Of a DNA stretch of 64,000 nucleotides, positions 39,938 to 49,705 are shown one piece after another. Source of the stretch: Dehalococcoidia bacterium (GTDB taxonomy: Bacteria; Chloroflexota; Dehalococcoidia; Lucifugimonadales; UBA3495). Position numbers and translations under genes: made by a program. A model generated the notes under the pieces. The model was not told the origin of the DNA. It did not search any database and saw only the letters and a list, made by a program, of their open reading frames with translations. The first letter of the stretch is position 1. Every line of letters begins with the position of its first letter. Where the stretch lies: assembly GCA_965203985.1 (NCBI GenBank), contig CBDBDS010000002.1, positions 38,945-102,944 on the forward strand, read 5' to 3'.

Positions 39938-41263
39938 ATGCTTACCAACGAAAAGACAGGTCCTTGTCAACAGCTCGATTCGTTGCTGCAAGGCGACCTG
40001 TCATTTCAGACGCCAGCTCGGCTCGCCCATCCGCTGTACGCGTTGCACCCGTTTGCGGCACGGTTTCCGTACGGCTTGCCCGGGTATTTCATCGACGCTC
40101 TGACGGAGCCCGGCGACATGGTGCTGGACCCCATGTGCGGGTCGGGTATCACGCTCCTGGAAGGGTGGGCGGCCGGCCGGGCGGTTATCGGTGTGGACTT
40201 GGACCCGCTGGCGCGACGGCAAGCAAAGGCACGCACCACGGCTCTGGATGACGCAGAGGTACTGGAGGCTGGTCAGGCGGCGCTCCGCCGGACGGCGGAT
40301 CTCATGGCCGGTCTGGGTCCGCAACGGGACCCTTTAGAGGCAGTAAAAGCAGTTATGGACCCGCCAACGCGGGAATTCCTGGACTATTGGTTCTTCCCGG
40401 AAACGCAACATGAGCTAGCCTGCCTGACCCTCGCAATCCGGGCAGAGCCCGATGCGGACCTGCGCAACCTGCTGGAAGTGATCTTTTCTTCCACGATTGT
40501 CACCAAGTCGGGTGGTGTGTCCCGGGCCCGGGACTTGGCCCACACTCGCCCGCATCGCGTATCCGACAAGGTGCCCAGGAACCCGATCCCCCTGTTCGCG
40601 AACCTGGTCGAACGGGCTGCTGGTGCCTACGGGAGCATAAACCGGGACGCGGTCGGAGAGTGTCGGATCATGGACGGAGATGCGCGTTCGCTGCCGTTGC
40701 CGGATCGCAGCGTGGACCTGGTCGTGACGTCGCCTCCTTACGCCAACGCGCTTGACTACATGCGTGCGCACAAGTTCTCCCTGGCCTGGCTGGGCGACCC
40801 CATTCCGTCCCTGACCAAGCTACGGCGCGAGTATATTGGATCGGAGGCTTCCGGCAACCAGGCGGCGACGTCGGTTGATTCGCTGCCGGCAAAGGTCGAA
40901 GCTGTCGTTGAGCGCGTCGGCGAGGCGGATGCCACGAAATCCCGCGTCCTGCGGCGGTACTTTGCTGATATGTCGGCGTCGATCTCCGAGATGCAGAGAG
41001 TGCTCCGGCCCGGGTCGGCGGCGGTGATCGTGGTGGGTCCTTCCACCATGCGCGGGATATTGGTGCCTACCCACGAATGCCTGGCGAATCTAGCCACGCA
41101 AGCGGGATTGGACATGGTTGCGGTCGCTCCGCGTAACCTGGACCGCGACCGGCGGATGATGCCGGCGCGGAATGCCGTACGTACCGGCAGCGGCAACAGT
41201 GACACGACCGGCATCGAGCGGCGGATGCACACCGAGTACGTCATCGGCGCGGTGAAGCCCTGA
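39938..41263 (+). CDS. DNA amino-methyltransferase (probably N4-cytosine)
   Basis: Motif I VLDPMCGSG precedes motif IV VTSPPY; no C5-MTase PCQ/ENV motifs seen. Confidence 0.8.
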   Translation: MLTNEKTGPCQQLDSLLQGDLSFQTPARLAHPLYALHPFAARFPYGLPGYFIDALTEPGDMVLDPMCGSGITLLEGWAAGRAVIGVDLDPLARRQAKARTTALDDAEVLEAGQAALRRTADLMAGLGPQRDPLEAVKAVMDPPTREFLDYWFFPETQHELACLTLAIRAEPDADLRNLLEVIFSSTIVTKSGGVSRARDLAHTRPHRVSDKVPRNPIPLFANLVERAAGAYGSINRDAVGECRIMDGDARSLPLPDRSVDLVVTSPPYANALDYMRAHKFSLAWLGDPIPSLTKLRREYIGSEASGNQAATSVDSLPAKVEAVVERVGEADATKSRVLRRYFADMSASISEMQRVLRPGSAAVIVVGPSTMRGILVPTHECLANLATQAGLDMVAVAPRNLDRDRRMMPARNAVRTGSGNSDTTGIERRMHTEYVIGAVKP

Positions 41264-41636
41264 CGGCACGGGCGAAGTCCGCCAAATGGTCAGGGCAGAG
41301 CACCCGGACGGTGCCCGGCAATCTAGTCTCAAACTGCAACCCGGTTCCACCCGGCGCGGTTTTCTACCAGATGTTGTTATCGGCGGTCGGACGGGACGGC
41401 TCGCCGCCGCCATCCCGCGCCCCCGGCTGAATCAAAACGAATATTCCATTGCCGCGGTAACCAGCCGAGCGCACGATTGGAATTCATCATACTTTTTGTT
41501 GTGCGGCCAATAGCGTTGATTTTTTCAATTGCGGGCAAAACATTACATCTACATATCCGTCTAGCGGGGCTGCCGGCGGCCCCATTACCATTGTCTGCCA
41601 CACGATCATGGTCACTTGGAATCAGGAACGCAGACG

Positions 41637-43073
41637 ATGCAAGATCGACCCGACCCCGTATCAGCGTGGCAAGCAGCCCTCGGCCGCCTGCAGCTGGAAA
41701 TACCCCAGGAGCAATTCAACACTTTCCTCCGGCCCTGCTCCGGCCTCCGATGGGAAGATGATTGCCTGGTGGTCAGCGCAGCAACCGCGTTCGCGGTGTC
41801 GTGGTTGGAATTGCCGTTGCACCTGGAAATGGTTCGGGAGGCAGTAGCCAAAACGACGGGCGCACAATCAAGCGTCCGTTACCTGGCGACCCCGGCGGGT
41901 GACTACAACCCGGCGCCGCAACGCGAAGTCTCGGTGTATTCGGTAGTCGCGGAACCGGCGACGCGGCTTCCCGACCGGATGGATCCAGAGGGCGACCCAT
42001 CGCAACGCGAAGCTGTGGATGCATGGCAGGTCCGCCAATCCAACCAGGCGGTTGGGATCAACCCGCGGTATACCTTCGACAATTTCGTGGTCGGCGAAAG
42101 CAACCAGTTGGCCTACCACGCCGCGCGAGCCGTCAACTCGGATGGGCAAGATGCTGCCCCCGGTTACAATCCGTTGTTGCTGTACGCCGGTTCCGGGATG
42201 GGCAAGACCCACCTGCTGCACGCTATCGGGAACCTGGCCCGTCAGCGGCGTGTATCGGTCCGCTACGTAACTTCCGAACAGTTCACCAACGAGTTCGTAT
42301 CAGCGATCAACCGCCGCGCCATGCCCGAATTTCGCGAACGCTACCGGGGCGTCGACCTGCTGCTGCTGGACGACGTGCAGTTCCTGGTGGGAAAAGAGCA
42401 AACTCAGGAAGCGCTGTTCCACACCTTCAACGACCTGCACCAGGCGGGGTCTCAGATCGTTCTGACCAGCGACCGCCCGCCCGAGACCATCACGCCGTTA
42501 GAAGACCGGTTGCGCTCGCGTTTTCAATGGGGACTGGTGGCCGATATCCGTCCTCCCTCTCTGGAAACGCGGTTGGCGATGCTCCATTCCTGGGCTTCGG
42601 ACAACGGATCAGAGGTGCCGCCTCCGGTGCTGGACCTCATCGCGCAACGCGTCAGCCGAAACGTGCGCCAACTCCTGGGCGCGTTCAATCGCGTTCTGGC
42701 AACGTCACAGCTCTTGGGTGCTCCACTGACCGCAGAAAGCGTAGCCGTACAACTGGACGCCATCGTGGGGCCAGATGCGCGCGCTGACGTAACACCACAA
42801 GAGGTGCTGGGCAAGGTCGCGCGTCACTATGGGCTTGCGGCGGAGCAGATTTTGGGCCGCAATCGCACGGCTGTGGTGGCCCTGGCGAGACAGGTTACGA
42901 TGTACCTGTTAATGTCAGAACTCGGCATGACTCCGACCGGCGCCGGACGTTTCCTGGCGGGTCGGAACCACAGCACGGTGATCCACGGGGTTGCCCGGGT
43001 GCGCCAAGCAATGGAAACCGATAGCCGGCTGAGGCATGCGGTTCTGGCAATCACTGAAACACTAACCGACTGA
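41637..43073 (+). CDS. dnaA: chromosomal replication initiator DnaA (possibly a paralog)
   Basis: YTFDNFVVGESN, YNPLLLY, GMGKTHL, LLDDVQF, RLRSRF, NVRQL, ARQVTMYL, RNHSTV. Confidence 0.9.
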   Translation: MQDRPDPVSAWQAALGRLQLEIPQEQFNTFLRPCSGLRWEDDCLVVSAATAFAVSWLELPLHLEMVREAVAKTTGAQSSVRYLATPAGDYNPAPQREVSVYSVVAEPATRLPDRMDPEGDPSQREAVDAWQVRQSNQAVGINPRYTFDNFVVGESNQLAYHAARAVNSDGQDAAPGYNPLLLYAGSGMGKTHLLHAIGNLARQRRVSVRYVTSEQFTNEFVSAINRRAMPEFRERYRGVDLLLLDDVQFLVGKEQTQEALFHTFNDLHQAGSQIVLTSDRPPETITPLEDRLRSRFQWGLVADIRPPSLETRLAMLHSWASDNGSEVPPPVLDLIAQRVSRNVRQLLGAFNRVLATSQLLGAPLTAESVAVQLDAIVGPDARADVTPQEVLGKVARHYGLAAEQILGRNRTAVVALARQVTMYLLMSELGMTPTGAGRFLAGRNHSTVIHGVARVRQAMETDSRLRHAVLAITETLTD

Positions 43074-43108
43074 ACACTCCACTCCACAAGCGGATCCAGG
43101 AGGCATAC

Positions 43109-44143
43109 ATGACGACAGAGAGCAGCCAGACCATCCGAACCGTCGTTGGCACCGGCGAGGCGGGCTACAGCGGAGACGGCGGCCCGGCGACGTCCGCGAC
43201 GCTTCGCGAGCCTTTCATGTGCACGTTCGACCGCGCGGGCAACATGTTCTTCTGCGAGGCGAAAAATCATGCCGTCCGGCGGGTTGACGCATCCTCCGGC
43301 CACGTGACCACCCTGGCCGGCACGGGCGAGGTCGGCTACACGGGAGACGGCGGGCCAGCGACGGCGGCAACCATGAACGAGCCCTATTCACTGGAAGTCG
43401 ACGGCGACGGGAACGTATACATCGTCGACCGCCTCAACGCCGCAGTGCGCCGGGTCGACGGCGTCACCGGAGTCATTACTACGGTGGCGGGCACCGGCGA
43501 GCCGGGATATTCAGGCGATGACGGTCCCGGCGACGCGGCGCAACTGCGGGAGCCCAACGACTGCTTCCTGGACGGACGGGGTGGACTGCTCATCGCCGAC
43601 ATCCAGGACCAGCGTATCCGCCGGCTGGATCTGGCGACAGGCATCATCGATACCTTCGCCGGCAACGGCGAAAAGACCCGCGGGGGCGACGGTATGCCGG
43701 CGCGACAGGCAAGTTTCCTGGGGTCACGGGCGGTATGCATGGACCAGCACGGCAACACGTACATCGCAGAGCGCGAGGGCAACGGCGTCCGCGTGGTCAC
43801 CGCGGGCGGGATCATGGGAACTGTTGCCGGCGCGGCGGCGGAACGGGGATACACCGGCGACGGCGGGTCCGCGCTGGCCGCCACCTGGGGCGCGCCCAAG
43901 GCGCTGCGCTGCGACGCCGCGGGCAATGTCATCGTGGTTGACACGGAGAACCATGCCATCCGTAAGATCGACGTCACCAACGGAGTGGTGACCACCATTG
44001 CCGGCGGGCAATTGGGCGGGCACGGAGATGGCGGCCCGGCCACTGATGCCGGACTGGACCGGCCACACGGGTGCGGCATTGCGGCCGACGGACAGATCTA
44101 CATTGCGGACAGCAACAACCATCGGATACGGGTGGTGGGTTAG
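43109..44143 (+). CDS. NHL-repeat beta-propeller protein
   Basis: About six repeats of T(V/I)AGTGExGYxGDGGPA...YIAD..NH.IR; no signal peptide. Confidence 0.85.
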   Translation: MTTESSQTIRTVVGTGEAGYSGDGGPATSATLREPFMCTFDRAGNMFFCEAKNHAVRRVDASSGHVTTLAGTGEVGYTGDGGPATAATMNEPYSLEVDGDGNVYIVDRLNAAVRRVDGVTGVITTVAGTGEPGYSGDDGPGDAAQLREPNDCFLDGRGGLLIADIQDQRIRRLDLATGIIDTFAGNGEKTRGGDGMPARQASFLGSRAVCMDQHGNTYIAEREGNGVRVVTAGGIMGTVAGAAAERGYTGDGGSALAATWGAPKALRCDAAGNVIVVDTENHAIRKIDVTNGVVTTIAGGQLGGHGDGGPATDAGLDRPHGCGIAADGQIYIADSNNHRIRVVG

Positions 44144-44177
44144 GAAGTCCAAGGGGCATTCGAATCCTCTTGGTTCC

Positions 44178-44207
44178 TTGACACTACCGGCACCCGTTGG
44201 CTACGAT
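44178..44207 (+). promoter_or_regulatory. sigma70-like promoter for the tRNA pair
   Basis: TTGACA-N18-TACGAT, about 45 nt upstream of tRNA-Ala. Confidence 0.55.
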
Positions 44208-44253
44208 TGATTCATCGTCGGCAACGAGACGGTCGTGGGCCGATGGCAGAAGT

Positions 44254-44329
44254 GGGGATATAGCTCAACTGGGAGAGCGCGGCGTTCGCAATGCCGAGGT
44301 TGCGGGTTCGAGCCCCGCTATCTCCACCA
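44254..44329 (+). tRNA. tRNA-Ala(CGC)
   Basis: Acceptor GGGGATA/TATCTCC with G3:U70, anticodon loop TTCGCAA, GTTCGAG T-loop, encoded CCA. Confidence 0.95.
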
Positions 44330-44339
44330 CTTCGCTTCT

Positions 44340-44413
44340 GCCCCTGTAGCTCAGTTGGACAGAGCGGCGGCGTCCTAAGTCGCGCGTCGGGGGTTCGAGT
44401 CCCTCCAGGGGTA
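44340..44413 (+). tRNA. tRNA-Arg(CCT)
   Basis: Acceptor GCCCCTG/CAGGGGT, A20, anticodon loop GTCCTAA, TTCGAGT T-loop; no encoded CCA. Confidence 0.88.
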
Positions 44414-44445
44414 CTTTTTCTTGCCCATTTTCCTGCTCAAAAACC

Positions 44446-45813
44446 TCAGGTCCGGAGCAGGTCCGCCAGGCTGCTGACCGGTTTTCCTTCCTCCAACAGG
44501 TCCAGGCGAGACAGGACTTCGGCCGTCGTCGCTTCGGACAGCGCCGGCGAGGCGCAGTCGCGGAATTTCTCGCGGACGTCCTCCATCGTAACGCCGCGCA
44601 GGGCCCCGCTGTTAGCGCGGTGCGCCTGTTGTCGAAGGGTGCTGCCGTCCTTCAGTTGGACGTCAACCTGGTGGAAGCCTTCGGTCCAACTGGGCTGCCC
44701 CTCGTTGCCCGGGATGCGGCGCATGTCGATGCGTGGAATCAGCGCCTGGGCTTCGGGACGCATCACCTGATCGTCAGTGAAGGACTGTAATCCGACCCGT
44801 TGGTCCAGCAAGGCCGCTGCCAGGCAATATTGCATGCTGAACTTTCCCTCCAGCGACGACACCGGGCGGGAATGGATCAGTGACCGCGGCGGGTCGAAGT
44901 CCACCATCACGTCGATCCGGTCCACCGCCGCAGGGTCTATGCTGCCCTGAGACAGCAATTCAAAGGTGGCATCCAGCGCCAGGTGGGCGCTGCCGCAGCA
45001 GGGGTATTTCTTGATCTCGATTCCCGACTCCACCAGGTAGCACTTGTCACCTAGGTTCTGGACCACCTGGTCGCCGTCGAAACCCTGGCCGCCGGAGAAA
45101 GCGCGGATGAACCCGAACCGACCTTCCAGGGCGTCGGCGCTGGCGGTGAAGCCTTCCCTCACCAGCCTGGCCGCGACGACCCCGGCGCGGGCGGCGTCTC
45201 CGGCGTGAAACGGCTTGGTCATGGTGCCGAAGTTCTGTCGCAATCCCGACGCCTGGGAGGCCGCCAGGGAGACGGCCATGGCCGTCTGTTCCGGGTCCAG
45301 GCCCATGATCCTGCTGGCTGATGCCGCCGCGCCTACCGCTCCCAGGGGACCCGTCGGGTGCCATCCCAGATCATCGTAATATGCTTCACTCAGAGACTCC
45401 CCCACGGCGCAGGCGACCTCGAAGCCCGACATGTATCCCAGCAGCATGTCCTTGCCGGTGGCGCCGCACTCCTCAGCCACCGCAAGGGATGCGGGCAGCA
45501 GAACTGCGGTGGGATGTGTCTTGGTGATCTGGGTGATGTCGTCGTAGTCCAGAGCGTGGGCCATGGCGCCGTTGACGAGGGCAGCGTTGGCCGCGGAGGT
45601 CCGGAATCCCCGTCCAACGACGCCGGCGGTGGGGGAAGCGGCTTCCGCCGCAACGTAGCGACATAGAATGTCCGACAGGGCTTCGCGGGAGCCGGCCAGC
45701 ATACACGCCAAACAGTCCATGATCGCTCCTTTGGCCGCTTCAATGGCGTCGGGCGGGAAGTCCTCAATGTCAGTTGCGGTGACGTATTGCGCGATCCGCT
45801 GCGTGATGTTCAT
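44446..45813 (-). CDS. MmgE/PrpD family protein
   Basis: NGAMAHALDYDD, THPT, GWHPTG, TKPFHAG, KKYPCC, KFSMQY. Confidence 0.9.
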   Translation of the reverse strand: MNITQRIAQYVTATDIEDFPPDAIEAAKGAIMDCLACMLAGSREALSDILCRYVAAEAASPTAGVVGRGFRTSAANAALVNGAMAHALDYDDITQITKTHPTAVLLPASLAVAEECGATGKDMLLGYMSGFEVACAVGESLSEAYYDDLGWHPTGPLGAVGAAASASRIMGLDPEQTAMAVSLAASQASGLRQNFGTMTKPFHAGDAARAGVVAARLVREGFTASADALEGRFGFIRAFSGGQGFDGDQVVQNLGDKCYLVESGIEIKKYPCCGSAHLALDATFELLSQGSIDPAAVDRIDVMVDFDPPRSLIHSRPVSSLEGKFSMQYCLAAALLDQRVGLQSFTDDQVMRPEAQALIPRIDMRRIPGNEGQPSWTEGFHQVDVQLKDGSTLRQQAHRANSGALRGVTMEDVREKFRDCASPALSEATTAEVLSRLDLLEEGKPVSSLADLLRT

Positions 45814-45872
45814 GGATTAACTCCTGGCGCGCGGGCTTGCTGCCTGATTGTCGCACCCCTGATGGTAACGCG

Positions 45873-45900
45873 AATGTATGCCATTTTGGTGCGGTGTCAA
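45873..45900 (-). promoter_or_regulatory. sigma70-like promoter for the MmgE/PrpD gene
   Basis: Minus strand TTGACA-N16-TACATT. Confidence 0.4.
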
Positions 45901-46030
45901 GTGTCCGGGTGGCGGGCTGCTGAGACGCCGGCGGGTTTGCTGGCGAGTCATCCCGTCTGATGTCGGCCCCCGTGCTATCATGGGCCGCGCGTTGACTCAA
46001 ATCTGCCGGACACGAAGGAGGGCATGGCAA

Positions 46031-46831
46031 ATGGCGACAGGCACCCAGACATGGACTGAAGAGTTCGCGGAGGTAGCTGGCACCAAGCTCCAGTTGGTCA
46101 GGGGCGGCTCGGGTGAGCCCTTGGTGATCCTGCATGACGAAATGGGCCACCACGGGCAGGTGCGCTACCAGAACGAACTGGCCGGGGACTTCGCCGTCCA
46201 CATACCCTCCCATCCTGGATTCGGCGCCACCGAAGGCCAGGAATGGATCATGAACATGCGGGACATGGCCGGCTGGTACCTGGAAGCCCTGGATGATCTG
46301 AATCTTGGGCCGGTCAACCTGCTGGGGTTCTCGCTGGGGGGCTGGCTGGCCGCGGAAATGGCGTCGATGTCGCCCGACCTGGTCCGCAAACTCGTGCTGG
46401 TGGCGCCGGCCGGAATTCGCCCGCCCGCCGGAGAGATCTTCGACATGTTCCTGGTAGTGCCGAGAGACTACATCGTCGCCGGATTCCTGGACCCCGAGGC
46501 GACCCCCGAGTTCGGCGAGGTCTGCCCGGAGGAACCCTCGGCTGAGTTGAACGAAGCCTGGGCCGTGGCCCGTGAGGAAGCATGCCGGCTCAGCTGGCGT
46601 CCATACATGCACAACTTGGCCATGCCCCATCTGGTCCGCCGGCTCAAGCGAGTGCCCACCCAGATCATCTGGGGACGCGAAGACAACATCGTCCCCGTGT
46701 CCGCTGGTCAGGTGTACCACGACTCCATCCCCGGATCTCGGCTCGACATCCTGGACGGCTGCGGCCATCGCCCCGAGTTGGAGAAGACCGACAAATTCCT
46801 GAGCCTGGTCAAGGGTTTCCTGGCGGCATAA
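46031..46831 (+). CDS. alpha/beta hydrolase
   Basis: HPGFG, GFSLGG nucleophile elbow, WGRED, CGH. Confidence 0.85.
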   Translation: MATGTQTWTEEFAEVAGTKLQLVRGGSGEPLVILHDEMGHHGQVRYQNELAGDFAVHIPSHPGFGATEGQEWIMNMRDMAGWYLEALDDLNLGPVNLLGFSLGGWLAAEMASMSPDLVRKLVLVAPAGIRPPAGEIFDMFLVVPRDYIVAGFLDPEATPEFGEVCPEEPSAELNEAWAVAREEACRLSWRPYMHNLAMPHLVRRLKRVPTQIIWGREDNIVPVSAGQVYHDSIPGSRLDILDGCGHRPELEKTDKFLSLVKGFLAA

Positions 46832-46851
46832 CTCCTGGGAGGAGGAGACAC

Positions 46852-47238
46852 GTGGCAACCACTTCAATTCAGGACCGCGTGGACGAGCTTTTTACCGACG
46901 CCCGTGACATGCAAGCCCAAGCCATCAACTGCTTTGACCGGGGCGGCGTCCGTGATGCAGCGGAGAAAGCCTGGTGCGCCACCAAGCGAGCCACCGACGG
47001 CCTCATCCTGGCTCGCACCGGCGAAGAGCCCGTGACGACCGCACGCACCACTGACGAGTTGGACGGACTTGCCGACCGGGAGCCATCCGCTGAAAGTCTC
47101 CTGGGTCGCTATTACAGCCGCCTGGGGCAACTCCACGGTGCCTGCTTCTACGACAAACGCTGCAATCCCCAGACCGAACGGCGTATCAGAGAAACCGCCC
47201 AGTACATCAGCGACGCCGAAGTTCTGGCAACCCAATAA
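46852..47238 (+). CDS. PaREP1/HEPN-like small helical protein
   Basis: GTG start after GGAGGAG; GGVRDAAEKAWCAT...LHGACFY. Confidence 0.7.
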   Translation: MATTSIQDRVDELFTDARDMQAQAINCFDRGGVRDAAEKAWCATKRATDGLILARTGEEPVTTARTTDELDGLADREPSAESLLGRYYSRLGQLHGACFYDKRCNPQTERRIRETAQYISDAEVLATQ

Positions 47239-47294
47239 GCGCATCCTCGCTATGGTAAAATCCGGCCGTACCCGGAAGCGCAAGGAGAAGCGAC

Positions 47295-48584
47295 ATGTTT
47301 ATCGGATACTTTACGGAAAGGCCGTACCAGGACCCCAAATCCGGGTACTTTGGCGCCACCGGCAAGTCCATCATGGACCTGAACGTGAGCAACGAGATCT
47401 ACGATGCCGAACTGGGCGCCGGTCTCTACAACCGCTATTTGGACGAGAAAATCTACGCCGAGGAGATGGGCTTCGACGGCCTGATGCTCAACGAGCACCA
47501 CAGCACGCCCTTCTGCATGGGCGGCGCGATGAACGTTGAAGCATCCATCCTGGCCCGCATCACCAACCGGGCCAAGATCGTCCTACTGGGCAACATCCTG
47601 CCCCTCTGGGACGACCCGCTCTGGCTGGTGGAACAGCTGGCCATGATCGACATGATCTCGCACGGGCGGCTGGTATCCGGCTGGGTACGCGGCACCGGGC
47701 GCGAGAGCGTGGCGCACAACATTGAGCCCCACTATAACTGGGAGCGTTTCAAGGAAGCCCACGAGCTCATCGTCAAGGCGTGGACGACCCCCGGCCCCTT
47801 CCGCTGGGAGGGCAAGCACTTCCACTTCCGCCACGTCAACCCCTGGGTGCGCCCCTACCAGAAGCCGCACCCGCCCATCTGGCTGCCGGGCGTGGTCTCT
47901 CGCGACTCCCTGGTGTGGGCCGCCGAGCAGCGCATCCCCTACATCATGCTGGCCACCGAGATGGAACCCACCAAGCAGGCGTTCCAGATCTACCACGACA
48001 CGGCGGCGGAACTCGGCTACGAATCCGGACCGCAGAACATCGGCTACCTGTGGAAGGTCCACGTCGACGAGACTGAGGAACTGGCGGAGCAGACCGGACG
48101 CAAGTACGTCCAGGGTCCGAGCAACCCCTTCCTGGCCGGAAATGAGGGAACCACCAACCAGGCCCTGCTGCATCTCCCCGGCCTGACCTCCCGGCGCCGC
48201 GTCCTGCCCACCACCGAGGTTGCCACCGCCGCGCGCGGCGGCAGCGCCGGCCCTGGCGGCGTGCTGTCCCGCCCCTACGAGCAGCAGGTCAACGACTACA
48301 CGATCATCTCCGGCACGCCGGACAGCGTGATCCCGAAGATCCGCCACGTCCTGGAGACCATCCGCCCCGGCAGCATCTTCTTCTGGGACGGCGACGGCGC
48401 GATGACCCACGACGACGCCATGCGCAGCCTGCGTCTCATGGGCCAGGAGGTCCTCCCCGCTGTCCGCGAGATGGCCAAGGAGCTCGATCTCCCTGGTCCA
48501 TTCGAGGTTGATCCCGCCACCAATCAACCCTACGAGGCACAGACGTACTCAGCGCAGCCCGCCGAGGTCACCGCAGACGATTAG
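47295..48584 (+). CDS. luciferase-like (LLM class) flavin-dependent oxidoreductase
   Basis: AEEMGFDGLMLNEHH, PYQKPHPPIW, ISGTPDSV, EVLPAVR. Confidence 0.9.
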   Translation: MFIGYFTERPYQDPKSGYFGATGKSIMDLNVSNEIYDAELGAGLYNRYLDEKIYAEEMGFDGLMLNEHHSTPFCMGGAMNVEASILARITNRAKIVLLGNILPLWDDPLWLVEQLAMIDMISHGRLVSGWVRGTGRESVAHNIEPHYNWERFKEAHELIVKAWTTPGPFRWEGKHFHFRHVNPWVRPYQKPHPPIWLPGVVSRDSLVWAAEQRIPYIMLATEMEPTKQAFQIYHDTAAELGYESGPQNIGYLWKVHVDETEELAEQTGRKYVQGPSNPFLAGNEGTTNQALLHLPGLTSRRRVLPTTEVATAARGGSAGPGGVLSRPYEQQVNDYTIISGTPDSVIPKIRHVLETIRPGSIFFWDGDGAMTHDDAMRSLRLMGQEVLPAVREMAKELDLPGPFEVDPATNQPYEAQTYSAQPAEVTADD

Positions 48585-48685
48585 GACGAAGCCATACCCT
48601 TTGCATACGCGCCTCTCCCAAACCGGGGGAGGCCGTTTGCTATATTGCACACACTTTCCGGTCACACCCCACACGGAGCGCAACC

Positions 48686-49702
48686 ATGCCTTACGGAGAC
48701 AATGACTGGCTGGCCCTGACCGCCGAACCTTCCCTCGAACCGGACCTGCCCATCTGCGACGCGCACCACCACTTCTGGGACTTTCGCATGGACCGCGTCC
48801 CCTACCATCGCTACCTGCTGGATGAACTGGCCGCGGACGTGAACAGCGGGCACAACGTTCGATCCACGGTGTTTCTTGAGGCCCGATCCATGTATCGACC
48901 GGACGGGCCCGAAGAGTTGCGACCGGTAGGCGAGGTCGAATTCGTCCAGGGCATCGCCGCCGCCAGCGCCACCGGCCTCTACGGCCCGACCAAGGCCGCC
49001 GCTGCCATCATCGGCGCCGCGGACCTCGCCCTGGGCGCCGACGTGGCTCGCGTCCTGGACGCCCTCCAGGCGGCCAGCCCCAACCGTTTTCGCGGCATCC
49101 GCTACAACACCGGATGGGATCCGCACCCCGAACTGGATAGCCGTTCGACCGAGCACAAGCTGGCCGACCCGCAGGTGCACGCCGGGGCCAAGGTGCTGTC
49201 CGACCGCGGGTTGGTATACGAGAACGTGGTGTTCTTCCCGCAGCTTTCTGACCTGGTTGATTTCGCCAACGCCCTCCCTGACCTGACCATCGTGTCTAAT
49301 CATATCGGCGGGTTGATCCGCGTCGGCCCCTACGGCAATCGGGACGACGAGGTGATGCCGGCCTGGCGCGAGGGCGTGGCTGCGCTGGCGCAATGTCCCA
49401 ACGTGGTGATGAAGCTCGGCGGCGTGGGCCAGCCGCGATACGGTTTCGACTGGCACACGCGGGCCACGCCCATCGGTTCCGAACAACTGGCCGAGGAGAT
49501 GGGGCCGCTGATCACCTACTGCATCGACCAGTTCGGACCCGACCGCTGCCTGTTCGAGAGCAACTTCCCGCCGGACAAGGTGTCCTTCTCGTACAACGTG
49601 ATGTACAACGCGTTCAAGCGCATGACGGCGGGCTACTCGGCCAGCGAGCGCGCCGCCATGTTCCACGACAACTCCGCCAGGATCTACAGCATCGAGTACT
49701 AG
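48686..49702 (+). CDS. amidohydrolase-2 family protein (lactonase-like)
   Basis: DAHHHFW, FRGIR, NHIGG, FESNFPPD. Confidence 0.85.
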   Translation: MPYGDNDWLALTAEPSLEPDLPICDAHHHFWDFRMDRVPYHRYLLDELAADVNSGHNVRSTVFLEARSMYRPDGPEELRPVGEVEFVQGIAAASATGLYGPTKAAAAIIGAADLALGADVARVLDALQAASPNRFRGIRYNTGWDPHPELDSRSTEHKLADPQVHAGAKVLSDRGLVYENVVFFPQLSDLVDFANALPDLTIVSNHIGGLIRVGPYGNRDDEVMPAWREGVAALAQCPNVVMKLGGVGQPRYGFDWHTRATPIGSEQLAEEMGPLITYCIDQFGPDRCLFESNFPPDKVSFSYNVMYNAFKRMTAGYSASERAAMFHDNSARIYSIEY

Positions 49703-49705
49703 CGG

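Noticed and set aside
41264-41636. oriC call
   Set aside because: An AT-rich patch is present, but no canonical DnaA boxes or dnaN were seen. Kept only as a question in the findings.
43109-44143. CRISPR-like or tandem DNA repeats
   Set aside because: The recurrent GGCGACGGCGG-type words are codon-level echoes of NHL protein repeats. No repeat-spacer array or cas genes occur in the window.
44254-44445. tRNA-anchored genomic island
   Set aside because: No integrase nearby, no duplicated tRNA 3' end noticed, and the flanking genes look like host metabolism.
48611-48640. Intrinsic terminator after the LLM gene
   Set aside because: The hairpin GCCTCTCCC...GGGGGAGGC is present, but the U-tract is too weak to call with confidence.
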